Assembly: GCA_049647165.1 (NCBI GenBank)
Contig: JBARXB010000037.1
Coordinates: 15,608 to 79,607, forward strand
Source: a bacterium
GTDB lineage: Bacteria; Hydrothermota; Tepidihabitantia; SM23-42
Length of the DNA stretch: 64,000 nt
Reading direction: 5' to 3'
Shown piece by piece: positions 53,463 through 61,515 of this stretch (positions within the stretch are counted from its first letter, which is position 1; each line of letters starts with the position of its first letter). Position numbers and translations under genes: made by a program. The notes under the pieces were generated by a model. That model was not told the DNA's origin. It worked only from the letters and a program-made list of their open reading frames with translations, and did no database searches.

Positions 53463-55898
53463 TCATAGTTCATCCATGCCTTCATAATTTTGCTCGGTAT
53501 CTTCCATGCCCTGCTTTTGCTTATAATTGTTAAAATTATAGTTAATGCTGAGCATCACGACCGGCGACTTACGGTTTGAATATCTGTAATAATAAAAATC
53601 TTCGCCTTCTGATGTGTACTCATGCCTTTGCGTGCTAAAGATATCTCTTGCCTGCAAGGTCAGGGATAATTTTTTGTCCAAAAACTCCTGTTTCAATGCT
53701 GCATCGACAGTGAAGTGTCCTTTCTGCTGTCCTTGAGCCGAAAGTGCCGGGCTACGATACCTGCCGTTTATCTGCAATTTTGTTGCCGGGAGTATTCTTA
53801 GTTCATTGCTGAATCTCGCGCTCCAGGAGAAATCATCTTTGGAAAAATCTCTACCGTCGAGCTCGCCTTCGAGTATCTGCCGGTAGAAGTTCGACGTTAA
53901 ATTCAGGTTCCACCAGGCAAGGAAATTGAAATCGAGCATGGCTTCGATACCCATTGTCCTTTCAACTCCGGCATTTTCAACTGTATGCAAGATTACATTT
54001 TCACTGTATAGAGACTGAACGCGTTCCACATTATTATGCGTGATACGATAATAAGCCTCGGTTGAGAATAGACTCTTGCCGATAAAGGTCTGAAACCCGA
54101 GTTCGTATGAATCAATGTATTCAGGCTTCAGATTCGGGTTGCCCATGCGCACATTATAAGCATCTGACCAGGTTAAGAACGGTTCAAGCCACCATGATCT
54201 CGGACGGTGTATCCGGCGCGTGTAACTCGCCATGATTTGTTGTCCCTTTGGGAACTTGTACGATAAATGACCAGAAGGAAAAAAGTCCCACCGGTCGATG
54301 GTAAAGCGTTCATCTTCGCCGACCAGTTCAATGAGCCGGTATGTGTACTCACTGCGTAATCCTGCCTGATAGCCAAAATCCCTGTGTGTCCCTGAAAACA
54401 TACTGTATAACGCATGGATATCTCGCGTATAATCGGTAGTATGACTGAACTCGTCCATGAATTCATAGCTCGATGATATTGTATCATATTCATAAGTTCT
54501 CGCTATCTCTTCAGAACGCTGGATTCTACCCTGGTAGCCTGCTTCGAATTTGCTGTTTTCAGGTAGCGGCAGTGTATAATCGAGTTTGAATTGCCCAAGC
54601 ATTGATGGACCGTCTTCTGAATTTCGAGTACCACTTATGATCGTGCCTGTTGTATCAGCAAGTTCAGTGGTCGAGAATTGTTCCTTGTCTCGCTGGCTAT
54701 ACTGAGCCTGCGCGGATAATTTATGGTCCCCACTCACGAACTGATGCACGTAGTCGAGTATTAATGAATAAAAATTGTGGGAGAAATCCCCTTCATCCGT
54801 GGACAAATACAAGTTATGGCTGTCTCCCGGTTCTGTCCATTCATCGTAATTAAGGCCAGAGCTTCCTTTCATTTTTCTTATGCCATATTCTCCTGCCAGA
54901 CTCATTTTATCCATAAGTCCAAGTTCAAGGTCTATGCCGGCGCGCAGTCCGTAAGGGTTCCAGTTGCGCATAGATTGACCGTCGGAAAATACATAGGAGG
55001 TAGTGTCATTAGCTGATGTTATGTTCTCGACTTTTTGCGTGCCTGGAAAAGCATATTTACGGTAATTTACGCTCAAGAACATATTGGCGATCCCTCTGCG
55101 AGAGCTAATCAGAAAATCTCCTCCATACTTGTCATCAAGCCCGGCATTCATGGTTACAATACCGCTGATACCCGGCGTAATTTTCTTTTTCATGATAACG
55201 TTGATAATGCCGGACATACCTTCGGGGTCATAACGTGCCGAAGGGTTAGTAATTATTTCTATGTTCTCTATGGTGCTTGCAGGTATCTGCTGAAGGGCAT
55301 CACTCGGGTCGAGAATAGTCGGGCGTCCATCAATGAGCACGGTAAAATTTTCGCTGCCGCGGAGACTGACATTGCCTTCTATGTCAACATCGACCGACGG
55401 TACATTTTCCAGCACATCGACGGCAGAACCGGATACCGATGTTGTCTGCCGGGCAACATTTATTACTTTTTTGTCGATCTCATAAGCTATTGCTGGGCGC
55501 TCTTCAATAATCTCAGTGCCTTCTATTTCCAGGACGATTGGCTCTAAAGAGATATTTCCTGCATAAAATTCCTGCTCTGCCGGGCTTATTTTGACATTCT
55601 CGATCTTGTGGGTTTGATAGCCCATGAATGATATTTCCATAAAATATGTACCCGGTCGGATATTGGTCAATTGAAAAAAGCCGTTGGGATCGGTGATCGT
55701 GCCGGTAGCCTGGGAATTATCTTCATGTTTGTAAAGGACAATATTCGCATAGCTTATCGGTTCACGATACTCGGCATCATATACGTTCCCGGATATCCTG
55801 CCATTGAATTCACCAGTATCACCCGGACGCTGCGAAAATGCGCTCGCCAGCAATGCAAGCATCAGGATAACACCTCGCAAAAAAGGTCTTTTTATCAT
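53463..55898 (-). CDS. TonB-dependent-receptor-like outer membrane beta-barrel with N-terminal carboxypeptidase-regulatory-like domain
   Basis: Signal peptide, CarbopepD_reg-like start (ISGNVYDAEYREPISYANIVL), plug-like region, and a long beta-barrel with aromatic-rich strands. Confidence 0.75.
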   Translation of the reverse strand: MIKRPFLRGVILMLALLASAFSQRPGDTGEFNGRISGNVYDAEYREPISYANIVLYKHEDNSQATGTITDPNGFFQLTNIRPGTYFMEISFMGYQTHKIENVKISPAEQEFYAGNISLEPIVLEIEGTEIIEERPAIAYEIDKKVINVARQTTSVSGSAVDVLENVPSVDVDIEGNVSLRGSENFTVLIDGRPTILDPSDALQQIPASTIENIEIITNPSARYDPEGMSGIINVIMKKKITPGISGIVTMNAGLDDKYGGDFLISSRRGIANMFLSVNYRKYAFPGTQKVENITSANDTTSYVFSDGQSMRNWNPYGLRAGIDLELGLMDKMSLAGEYGIRKMKGSSGLNYDEWTEPGDSHNLYLSTDEGDFSHNFYSLILDYVHQFVSGDHKLSAQAQYSQRDKEQFSTTELADTTGTIISGTRNSEDGPSMLGQFKLDYTLPLPENSKFEAGYQGRIQRSEEIARTYEYDTISSSYEFMDEFSHTTDYTRDIHALYSMFSGTHRDFGYQAGLRSEYTYRLIELVGEDERFTIDRWDFFPSGHLSYKFPKGQQIMASYTRRIHRPRSWWLEPFLTWSDAYNVRMGNPNLKPEYIDSYELGFQTFIGKSLFSTEAYYRITHNNVERVQSLYSENVILHTVENAGVERTMGIEAMLDFNFLAWWNLNLTSNFYRQILEGELDGRDFSKDDFSWSARFSNELRILPATKLQINGRYRSPALSAQGQQKGHFTVDAALKQEFLDKKLSLTLQARDIFSTQRHEYTSEGEDFYYYRYSNRKSPVVMLSINYNFNNYKQKQGMEDTEQNYEGMDEL

Positions 55899-55958
55899 AT
55901 ATGGTTCCTTTGATATTAGACAACAACAGATGGCATATGGTTTAAGACGTCATCAATA

Positions 55959-57434
55959 CTATTTGATTCTTTTTGCGCACTTATAAGCCGCATTGATAGC
56001 ACCCGGTACGCCGCCAAATTGCGATGCCCAGCACGAGCTTATGAACAAATTCCTCACCGGTGTACCGACCTTTACAGCGATTGGATTTTTGAAGAATTTT
56101 TTATGCGGGTTCCATGACCAGGCTGAACTGGCACCGTCAGTATTATGGGTAAACCGTTCATAGGTCAATGGCGTTGCCGCATCTTCAAAAATAATATGTT
56201 TTTCCAGGTCTGGTATTATCTCAGTCGTCTTTTTTATCAGGGCTCTTGTCGCTAATTCCTTGAGCTGCCTGTATATTTGCTTATCGCCATGTCCCCAGTT
56301 GTCCATCCATTGATGAGGACATATTGATTGGATCATGAGTGATGATTTTCCTTTTGGCGCCAGTTCAGGATTCATGAGCGATGGAGAGTAGATCGCAGGT
56401 GATGTTTTTTCAAAGAAACTTTCATCATTACTGTCGCTAATATCATAGTCAGGATGGTATGCATAATAGAAAATATGAAAGGTCTTCATGTATTTATTCA
56501 ATTCTTCAGCACCCATATCGAGTCCCAGATAAACACTGAAAAAGGCCTCGGATACTACTGCTTTTTCCAACCGGTCTTTAAAGTCCCGCGGTAAGATAGC
56601 AGGGTCATCAAGGAGCCGGAAAAATGTTTTTTTATAATCGCTGGCCGATATCACATAATCTGCTTTGATTATTTCACCCACACTATCCACGCCGACCGCG
56701 GTATTGTTTTCGGTCAATATTCTATCGACTTTTGATTTGAGTTTCAGTTTGCCGCCCAGCTTTTTAAAATTATCGGCGAGCGCATCTGCCCATGATTGCA
56801 TACCAGTTTTTGCCGTCCAATAATCATTAGCAAAGGTAAGAAATGCACCGGCAAGAAGAACTATGCTCATTTCGGGATAGCCCATGTGCTTGAATAATCG
56901 ATAGACTTTTGAGTCCTTTTTAAAATACCGCGCCGAGAATTCTGACAGCGTTACGTCAGCATACTTTTTGAATACAAGCATGAATTTGGCAAGTTTGAAC
57001 GGGTATGCGATACCGGTGAAAAAATTTGTCGGTTTGGCAAGAGCAAGCAAGCCTTTGACCATCTTGTCTATTTCGGAAAAAAATCTGGTGAGGTTTTCGT
57101 TTTCGCCTGGATATGCACTCATAATATTCTTATAGATGTCATCGATCGTATCCGGCACAAAGTCAAATTCGGGGGAGAGCCATCTGATGCGCTGTCGGGT
57201 AAACTCGACCTTATCGTGAACACCGATATCTGCCATTGTTTTATTGATTTCAACAGAGTTTTCAAAAGAAAGCGTGCCGCTTTCAAAGTAAAAACCTTTG
57301 CGCCAGAATCCGGCTGTATAACCACCCGGTGCGCTGTGCGCCTCAAATATCGTAACATCATGCCCCTTACCTGCCAGCAGGTTGCCGCAAACAAGACCAC
57401 CCATACCAGAACCGATTATTATAACTTTACTCAT
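55959..57434 (-). CDS. FAD/NAD(P)-dependent oxidoreductase, phytoene desaturase (CrtI)-like family
   Basis: N-terminal dinucleotide fold VIIIGSGMGGLVCGNLLAGKGHDVTIFEAHSAPGG. Confidence 0.7.
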   Translation of the reverse strand: MSKVIIIGSGMGGLVCGNLLAGKGHDVTIFEAHSAPGGYTAGFWRKGFYFESGTLSFENSVEINKTMADIGVHDKVEFTRQRIRWLSPEFDFVPDTIDDIYKNIMSAYPGENENLTRFFSEIDKMVKGLLALAKPTNFFTGIAYPFKLAKFMLVFKKYADVTLSEFSARYFKKDSKVYRLFKHMGYPEMSIVLLAGAFLTFANDYWTAKTGMQSWADALADNFKKLGGKLKLKSKVDRILTENNTAVGVDSVGEIIKADYVISASDYKKTFFRLLDDPAILPRDFKDRLEKAVVSEAFFSVYLGLDMGAEELNKYMKTFHIFYYAYHPDYDISDSNDESFFEKTSPAIYSPSLMNPELAPKGKSSLMIQSICPHQWMDNWGHGDKQIYRQLKELATRALIKKTTEIIPDLEKHIIFEDAATPLTYERFTHNTDGASSAWSWNPHKKFFKNPIAVKVGTPVRNLFISSCWASQFGGVPGAINAAYKCAKRIK

Positions 57435-57444
57435 GATATCTCCG

Positions 57445-59010
57445 TTAGAATGCCCCTTTGATGACTACCGGTTTTGTAAAGAGGGTTGCTTCAGAAACCG
57501 ATAGGGTTGCTTTATTCTGAGTGAACACCGCGGTTACTTCATAATCATTGATGTTTGCTATTTCATTTATTTCGATCGACAGTGTCGTGTCATTCATCCA
57601 CATGCCGCGCGCTCCTACCGGTAAGCCATAGGCACCGCTTTCTGACATAGCATATATACCGCCCATACGAATGCGTAGGATCTGTTCGGTTCCGGCTCTT
57701 TTCATTCTTAAATTAGCATACTGCGGATCAAGGAATGTTATATTGATATTCTCCAGTTCCAATGGATTTTGTTCAAGGGTCAGGGTTTTGCCGGAGATGA
57801 CTTGGGCTATTAGTGGAAACTGTATCATGGCTAGCCAGGCTGGTTCTGTTTTAACCTGGCCAATAATATCCTGCAGGTGTTGAAAGGCTTCTTGGTCTTC
57901 GGGTAATGCATTCTGCTCGCTTATTGTGGCGATCAGCTGTTCGGCAATACTACCTTGGTCAAATCCACCGCCAGTAAAAACGATGATCAGGTTCTGCTGC
58001 GGCCAGATAATGATATGCTGACCACCGCGACCATTTGCTTCGTATATTCCATCGAGTTTGCCTGAAACCACCCACCAACCATAAGAATAATCGATGTGTA
58101 TGTCACCAGGAGGTCCAGGGACATCGACCTGGCGCTGTGCAGATTTTGCGACCCAATCCGGATTGAGTATTTGTTTTCCATCCCATGTTCCATTATTGAG
58201 GAGTAAGAATCCGATCTTTGCCATATCACGCGGGTGCAATTTCAGATCGCCCCAACCGTGACTATTCCCTTCTGGGTCTTCAGACCAGACAAAATCATTT
58301 ATGCCGAGCGGTTTAAAAAGGTTTTCCCGCGCAAAATCAACCATTTTCATACCGGTTGCCTGACTCATCATTATAGAAATAAGATGAAAATTACAGGAAT
58401 TATAACCGAAATATGTTCCCGGTTCATAAACTGCCGGCAAAGTCAGGATATACTCGAGCCAATCATCCTCGGTGAACATACCAAAGAGTGTGGCTTCGGC
58501 AAAAGCCGAGCGGGTCGAGTCATTAGTCACAAGTTCTAATCCGGATGTCATTGTCAAAAGGTCGCGGATCATCAGTTGCTCTTTGAATGTATTGCTAAAT
58601 AGATCATCATACTCAGGAAAGAAATCTTTGACCAGCACGTATTCATCTTTGATCAAACCTTTATTGATCGCTGCACCTACGAGTACGGATGTTACGCTCT
58701 TGGTAACTGATGCGATGTCGTGTACGGTGCTGCCGTCGTACGGGTAAAAATAAGCCTCAGTCACCAGATAGCCGTTACGCACGATGTGCATGCTGTGCAC
58801 AGGTATTGAATTTGTCTGAATATATTCGATCATTTCCGCGATCTTTTCAGAGTCCATGCCCTGGGCTTCAGGCGTCGAGCCCTGCCATCGAGATGTTGGC
58901 CAGTACGCAGGTGCTTGGAAAGTGGATTTTGTCTTTGGCGTTTTGCATCCTGATACAAATACCATTATTATGAAAAGCAACAAGATAGATGCTACATATA
59001 ATTTTTTCAT
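57445..59010 (-). CDS. serine hydrolase lipoprotein (beta-lactamase/class C-like fold)
   Basis: Lipobox FVSGC and SxxK motif SVTKSV. Confidence 0.7.
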   Translation of the reverse strand: MKKLYVASILLLFIIMVFVSGCKTPKTKSTFQAPAYWPTSRWQGSTPEAQGMDSEKIAEMIEYIQTNSIPVHSMHIVRNGYLVTEAYFYPYDGSTVHDIASVTKSVTSVLVGAAINKGLIKDEYVLVKDFFPEYDDLFSNTFKEQLMIRDLLTMTSGLELVTNDSTRSAFAEATLFGMFTEDDWLEYILTLPAVYEPGTYFGYNSCNFHLISIMMSQATGMKMVDFARENLFKPLGINDFVWSEDPEGNSHGWGDLKLHPRDMAKIGFLLLNNGTWDGKQILNPDWVAKSAQRQVDVPGPPGDIHIDYSYGWWVVSGKLDGIYEANGRGGQHIIIWPQQNLIIVFTGGGFDQGSIAEQLIATISEQNALPEDQEAFQHLQDIIGQVKTEPAWLAMIQFPLIAQVISGKTLTLEQNPLELENINITFLDPQYANLRMKRAGTEQILRIRMGGIYAMSESGAYGLPVGARGMWMNDTTLSIEINEIANINDYEVTAVFTQNKATLSVSEATLFTKPVVIKGAF

Positions 59011-59069
59011 GATACTACATTATAACTTACAAGACCACCGTGTCAAGCAAGGTCAGAACTTAACACAGC

Positions 59070-59139
59070 GCTAAGAGCAGAGAGCAGGGGGCCAAGGGCG
59101 TAGAGTGTATAGGGTAATGAGTAGAGAGTAAGGCGTAAA
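59070..59139. repeat. purine-rich degenerate heptanucleotide array x10
   Basis: GCTAAGA GCAGAGA GCAGGGG GCCAAGG GCGTAGA GTGTATA GGGTAAT GAGTAGA GAGTAAG GCGTAAA. Confidence 0.85.
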
Positions 59140-59230
59140 AATAAAATCTCCTGTTCTCCGTTTCATATCAAGCCATGATTGTCTGTCTTTTAATGACGTA
59201 TTAACCAATTACTCGATGACTATTTTTTTT

Positions 59231-59314
59231 GCTTAGTTTTTTTGGTTTGTCTGGTTTCTTTAATTTAATTCATTTTTTCTTTTTACACTCTACTCATTAC
59301 TGAATACACTTATC
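59231..59314. repeat. pyrimidine-rich heptanucleotide array in the same register, mirror of 59070-59139
   Basis: GTTTGTC TGGTTTC ... TTTTTAC ACTCTAC TCATTAC TGAATAC ACTTATC. The register is unchanged from 59070 (offset 161 = 23 x 7). An 18-bp inverted repeat with one mismatch pairs 59114-59131 with 59283-59300. Confidence 0.8.
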
Positions 59315-59325
59315 TCTGTTTCCCA

Positions 59326-59353
59326 TTGACATCTCTCAATGTGCTATTATAAT
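59326..59353 (+). promoter_or_regulatory. sigma70-type promoter TTGACA-16-TATAAT
   Basis: TTGACA at 59326-59331 and TATAAT at 59348-59353. SD AAGGAGG lies before the ATG at 59371. Confidence 0.6.
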
Positions 59354-59370
59354 AGTATCAAGGAGGAAAT

Positions 59371-60660
59371 ATGCGACATAAAAATCTTTTTATAATTATG
59401 TTATTCTTACCTGTTATGATATTTGCTCAGGTCACTTTTGCACGGCATGTCATTGACAGCACCACTATTAACTGGCCATATGATGTGATGGCTCTTGATC
59501 TTGACGAGGATAGTGATATCGATATACTCGCAGCTATTGCCAATGATAATCAGGTTGTCTGGTGGGAGAACGATGGGAGCGAGAACTTCACAAGACACTT
59601 GCTCGCCGACAGTATTGATTTTGCCAATTCAATATACTATATCGATATGGAACCAGACGGCGATATTGATGTGGTCAGCACATCCCAATCACATAATGAA
59701 GTTTTTTGGTTTGAGAATGACGGCAACGAGAATTTCACGCCACATGTTATTTCAAATACTTTTAATAATGCACAATCTGCTTTTGCTGTTGACCTTGATG
59801 AAGACGGTGACGGTGATGTATTGGCTGCGTCATTTGGAGGTGATCTTATTGTTTTGTGGTTAAATGATGGAAATGAGAACTTCACACCGGACACGATTGA
59901 ATCGAACTATGATGCTGCGTCCTGGGTCATTGCCGATGATCTCGACGAAGATAATGATATCGATGTTATCGGTACTGCTTATCTGGCGAATGATTTATCC
60001 TGGTGGGAGAACGATGGCAGTGAAAATTTCACAAGGCACACGTTAGGTACGGTCATTGGTGCACTTTCACCATGCGTTAATGATATGGAACCAGACGGTG
60101 ATAAGGATATTGTCGTTGCTGCATATCTTAGTAATGAAATCCTTTGGTTTGAGAACGATGGCAGCGAGAACTTCACGCCACATACTATTGATAATTCATT
60201 CGGTGGTGTCTGGGGTATTCATGCAGCAGATCTTGATAATGACAATGATGTTGATGTTATCGGTGGGGCTACTGTTGATGATGATCTGTCCTGGTTTGAG
60301 AACGACGGCTTCGAGAATTTTACCGAATATGTTCTCGATGCTAATCTTGACGGTGCGATCACTGTTTTCGCCTATGATATTGACCAAGACACGGATCTCG
60401 ATATCCTGTCTGGTGCGCGTGAAGCAAATGATATATCCTGGTGGGAAAATGACCTGGTCGGCATTGAAGAGCACAGATTTAGACCTTATAACATATCAGA
60501 CGCAACTATTATTAAGGGTGCTCTGCTCCTACCCAAAGACAAAGTATGCAAAGTCTTCGATATCACCGGCCGGGAGGTCGACGCAAGCCATATCGCTCCA
60601 GGGATATACTTCATAGAAGTGGAAGGCAATTTTACCGGAAAAATAGTAAAGATTCGTTGA
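59371..60660 (+). CDS. seven-bladed FG-GAP/VCBS propeller protein with short-form T9SS sorting domain
   Basis: Seven repeats of D(L/M)(D/E)xDxDxD(V/I)...W(W/F)ENDGxENFT(R/P)H. C-terminus LPKDKVCKVFDITGREVDASHIAPGIYFIEVEGNFTGKIVKIR. Confidence 0.85.
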   Translation: MRHKNLFIIMLFLPVMIFAQVTFARHVIDSTTINWPYDVMALDLDEDSDIDILAAIANDNQVVWWENDGSENFTRHLLADSIDFANSIYYIDMEPDGDIDVVSTSQSHNEVFWFENDGNENFTPHVISNTFNNAQSAFAVDLDEDGDGDVLAASFGGDLIVLWLNDGNENFTPDTIESNYDAASWVIADDLDEDNDIDVIGTAYLANDLSWWENDGSENFTRHTLGTVIGALSPCVNDMEPDGDKDIVVAAYLSNEILWFENDGSENFTPHTIDNSFGGVWGIHAADLDNDNDVDVIGGATVDDDLSWFENDGFENFTEYVLDANLDGAITVFAYDIDQDTDLDILSGAREANDISWWENDLVGIEEHRFRPYNISDATIIKGALLLPKDKVCKVFDITGREVDASHIAPGIYFIEVEGNFTGKIVKIR

Positions 60661-60667
60661 GCACTTA

Positions 60668-60778
60668 TGTCATTCCCCGACTCGATCGGGGAATCTATCA
60701 ATCCCGCTCACACCTGGATTATCCGGTCAAGCCGGATAATGACAAAAACTGACATAATCACTGTCCCGCTTCGCGGGA
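60668..60778. repeat. REP/MITE-like composite palindromic element (three hairpins, outer 7-bp inverted repeat)
   Basis: Outer repeat TGTCATT (60668-60674) pairs with AATGACA (60738-60744). Hairpins: ATTCCCCGA-CTCGA-TCGGGGAAT (60672-60694), TTATCCGG-TCAAG-CCGGATAA (60719-60739), TCCCGC-TTC-GCGGGA (60764-60778). Confidence 0.7.
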
Positions 60779-60954
60779 TACTCGATCTTCAAACAGCTGT
60801 ATGTTGAATATGATAGATCGGGATAATATGACATTAATCTGTGTAATCGATGCAGTCGAAGACTGCAGTGAAACCTTTTGTCCCTATCCTACGTATAATA
60901 AATATGAATTACAATAATAGAAAAAATACCAATAAAAGCCAAGAAGGAGGCAAA

Positions 60955-61377
60955 ATGTTAAGTTTGATAGGTGCGATTTTAATAGCTGGAAACATTATTA
61001 TTGCTCAGCCCATGGCTGATTATGGCTCAAAAAATGAAGAAATAGGGAGATTGCCCGAAATAGTCATTACTGCCACAAGGTATGAAGGAGAAGACATGGC
61101 TTATAGCGGAATGCTGCCGGAAATAGTAATAACCGCGCCTCGAGGACCTGAAATCGGCATGCTCGATGAAGTCGTCATTACTGAAACGCGCTATGAAGGT
61201 GAGGATATAGCTTATAGTGGTATGCTGCCCGAGACCATAGTTACGGCAAAAAGGGATAGAATTGCTCAACCGGTTCTGACCCTCGTACGCCTGGTAAGGC
61301 AAGAAATGCACTTACGGATAACCAATTTCATGATCATTTCAAGGTTCGATTTCCGAAATACCGGGTATTTAAACTAG
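60955..61377 (+). CDS. small secreted protein composed of tandem TonB-box-like repeats
   Basis: I prefer the start at MLSLIGAILIAGNIIIAQPMA, a signal peptide with SD GAAGGAGG. Repeats: LPEIVITATRYEGEDMAYSGM, LPEIVITAPRGPEIGM, LDEVVITETRYEGEDIAYSGM, LPETIVTAKR. Confidence 0.65.
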   Translation: MLSLIGAILIAGNIIIAQPMADYGSKNEEIGRLPEIVITATRYEGEDMAYSGMLPEIVITAPRGPEIGMLDEVVITETRYEGEDIAYSGMLPETIVTAKRDRIAQPVLTLVRLVRQEMHLRITNFMIISRFDFRNTGYLN

Positions 61378-61391
61378 AGTTAGCACCAAAA

Positions 61392-61417
61392 GCCCCCGCT
61401 TTAAGCGGGGGCTTTTT
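61392..61417 (+). terminator. intrinsic terminator
   Basis: GCCCCCGC-TTTAA-GCGGGGGC followed by TTTTT. Confidence 0.85.
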
Positions 61418-61515
61418 ATTTTACAGAAAATACCGCTTGACTATCGAGCAAAAACATGGCATATTGAATAACTATCTATGCTACAATTTCTAAATAAACA
61501 CAGAGAGTGTACTCT

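Noticed and set aside
46986-60616. Other long alternative-frame or antisense ORFs (46986-47483, 49562-49999, 55035-55547, 60056-60616, and 3001-3375 just outside this span).
   Set aside because: - Each lies inside, or antisense to, a gene with strong family motifs.
- ORF 60056-60616 is a frame artefact of the highly repetitive FG-GAP coding sequence.
- None has a convincing SD.
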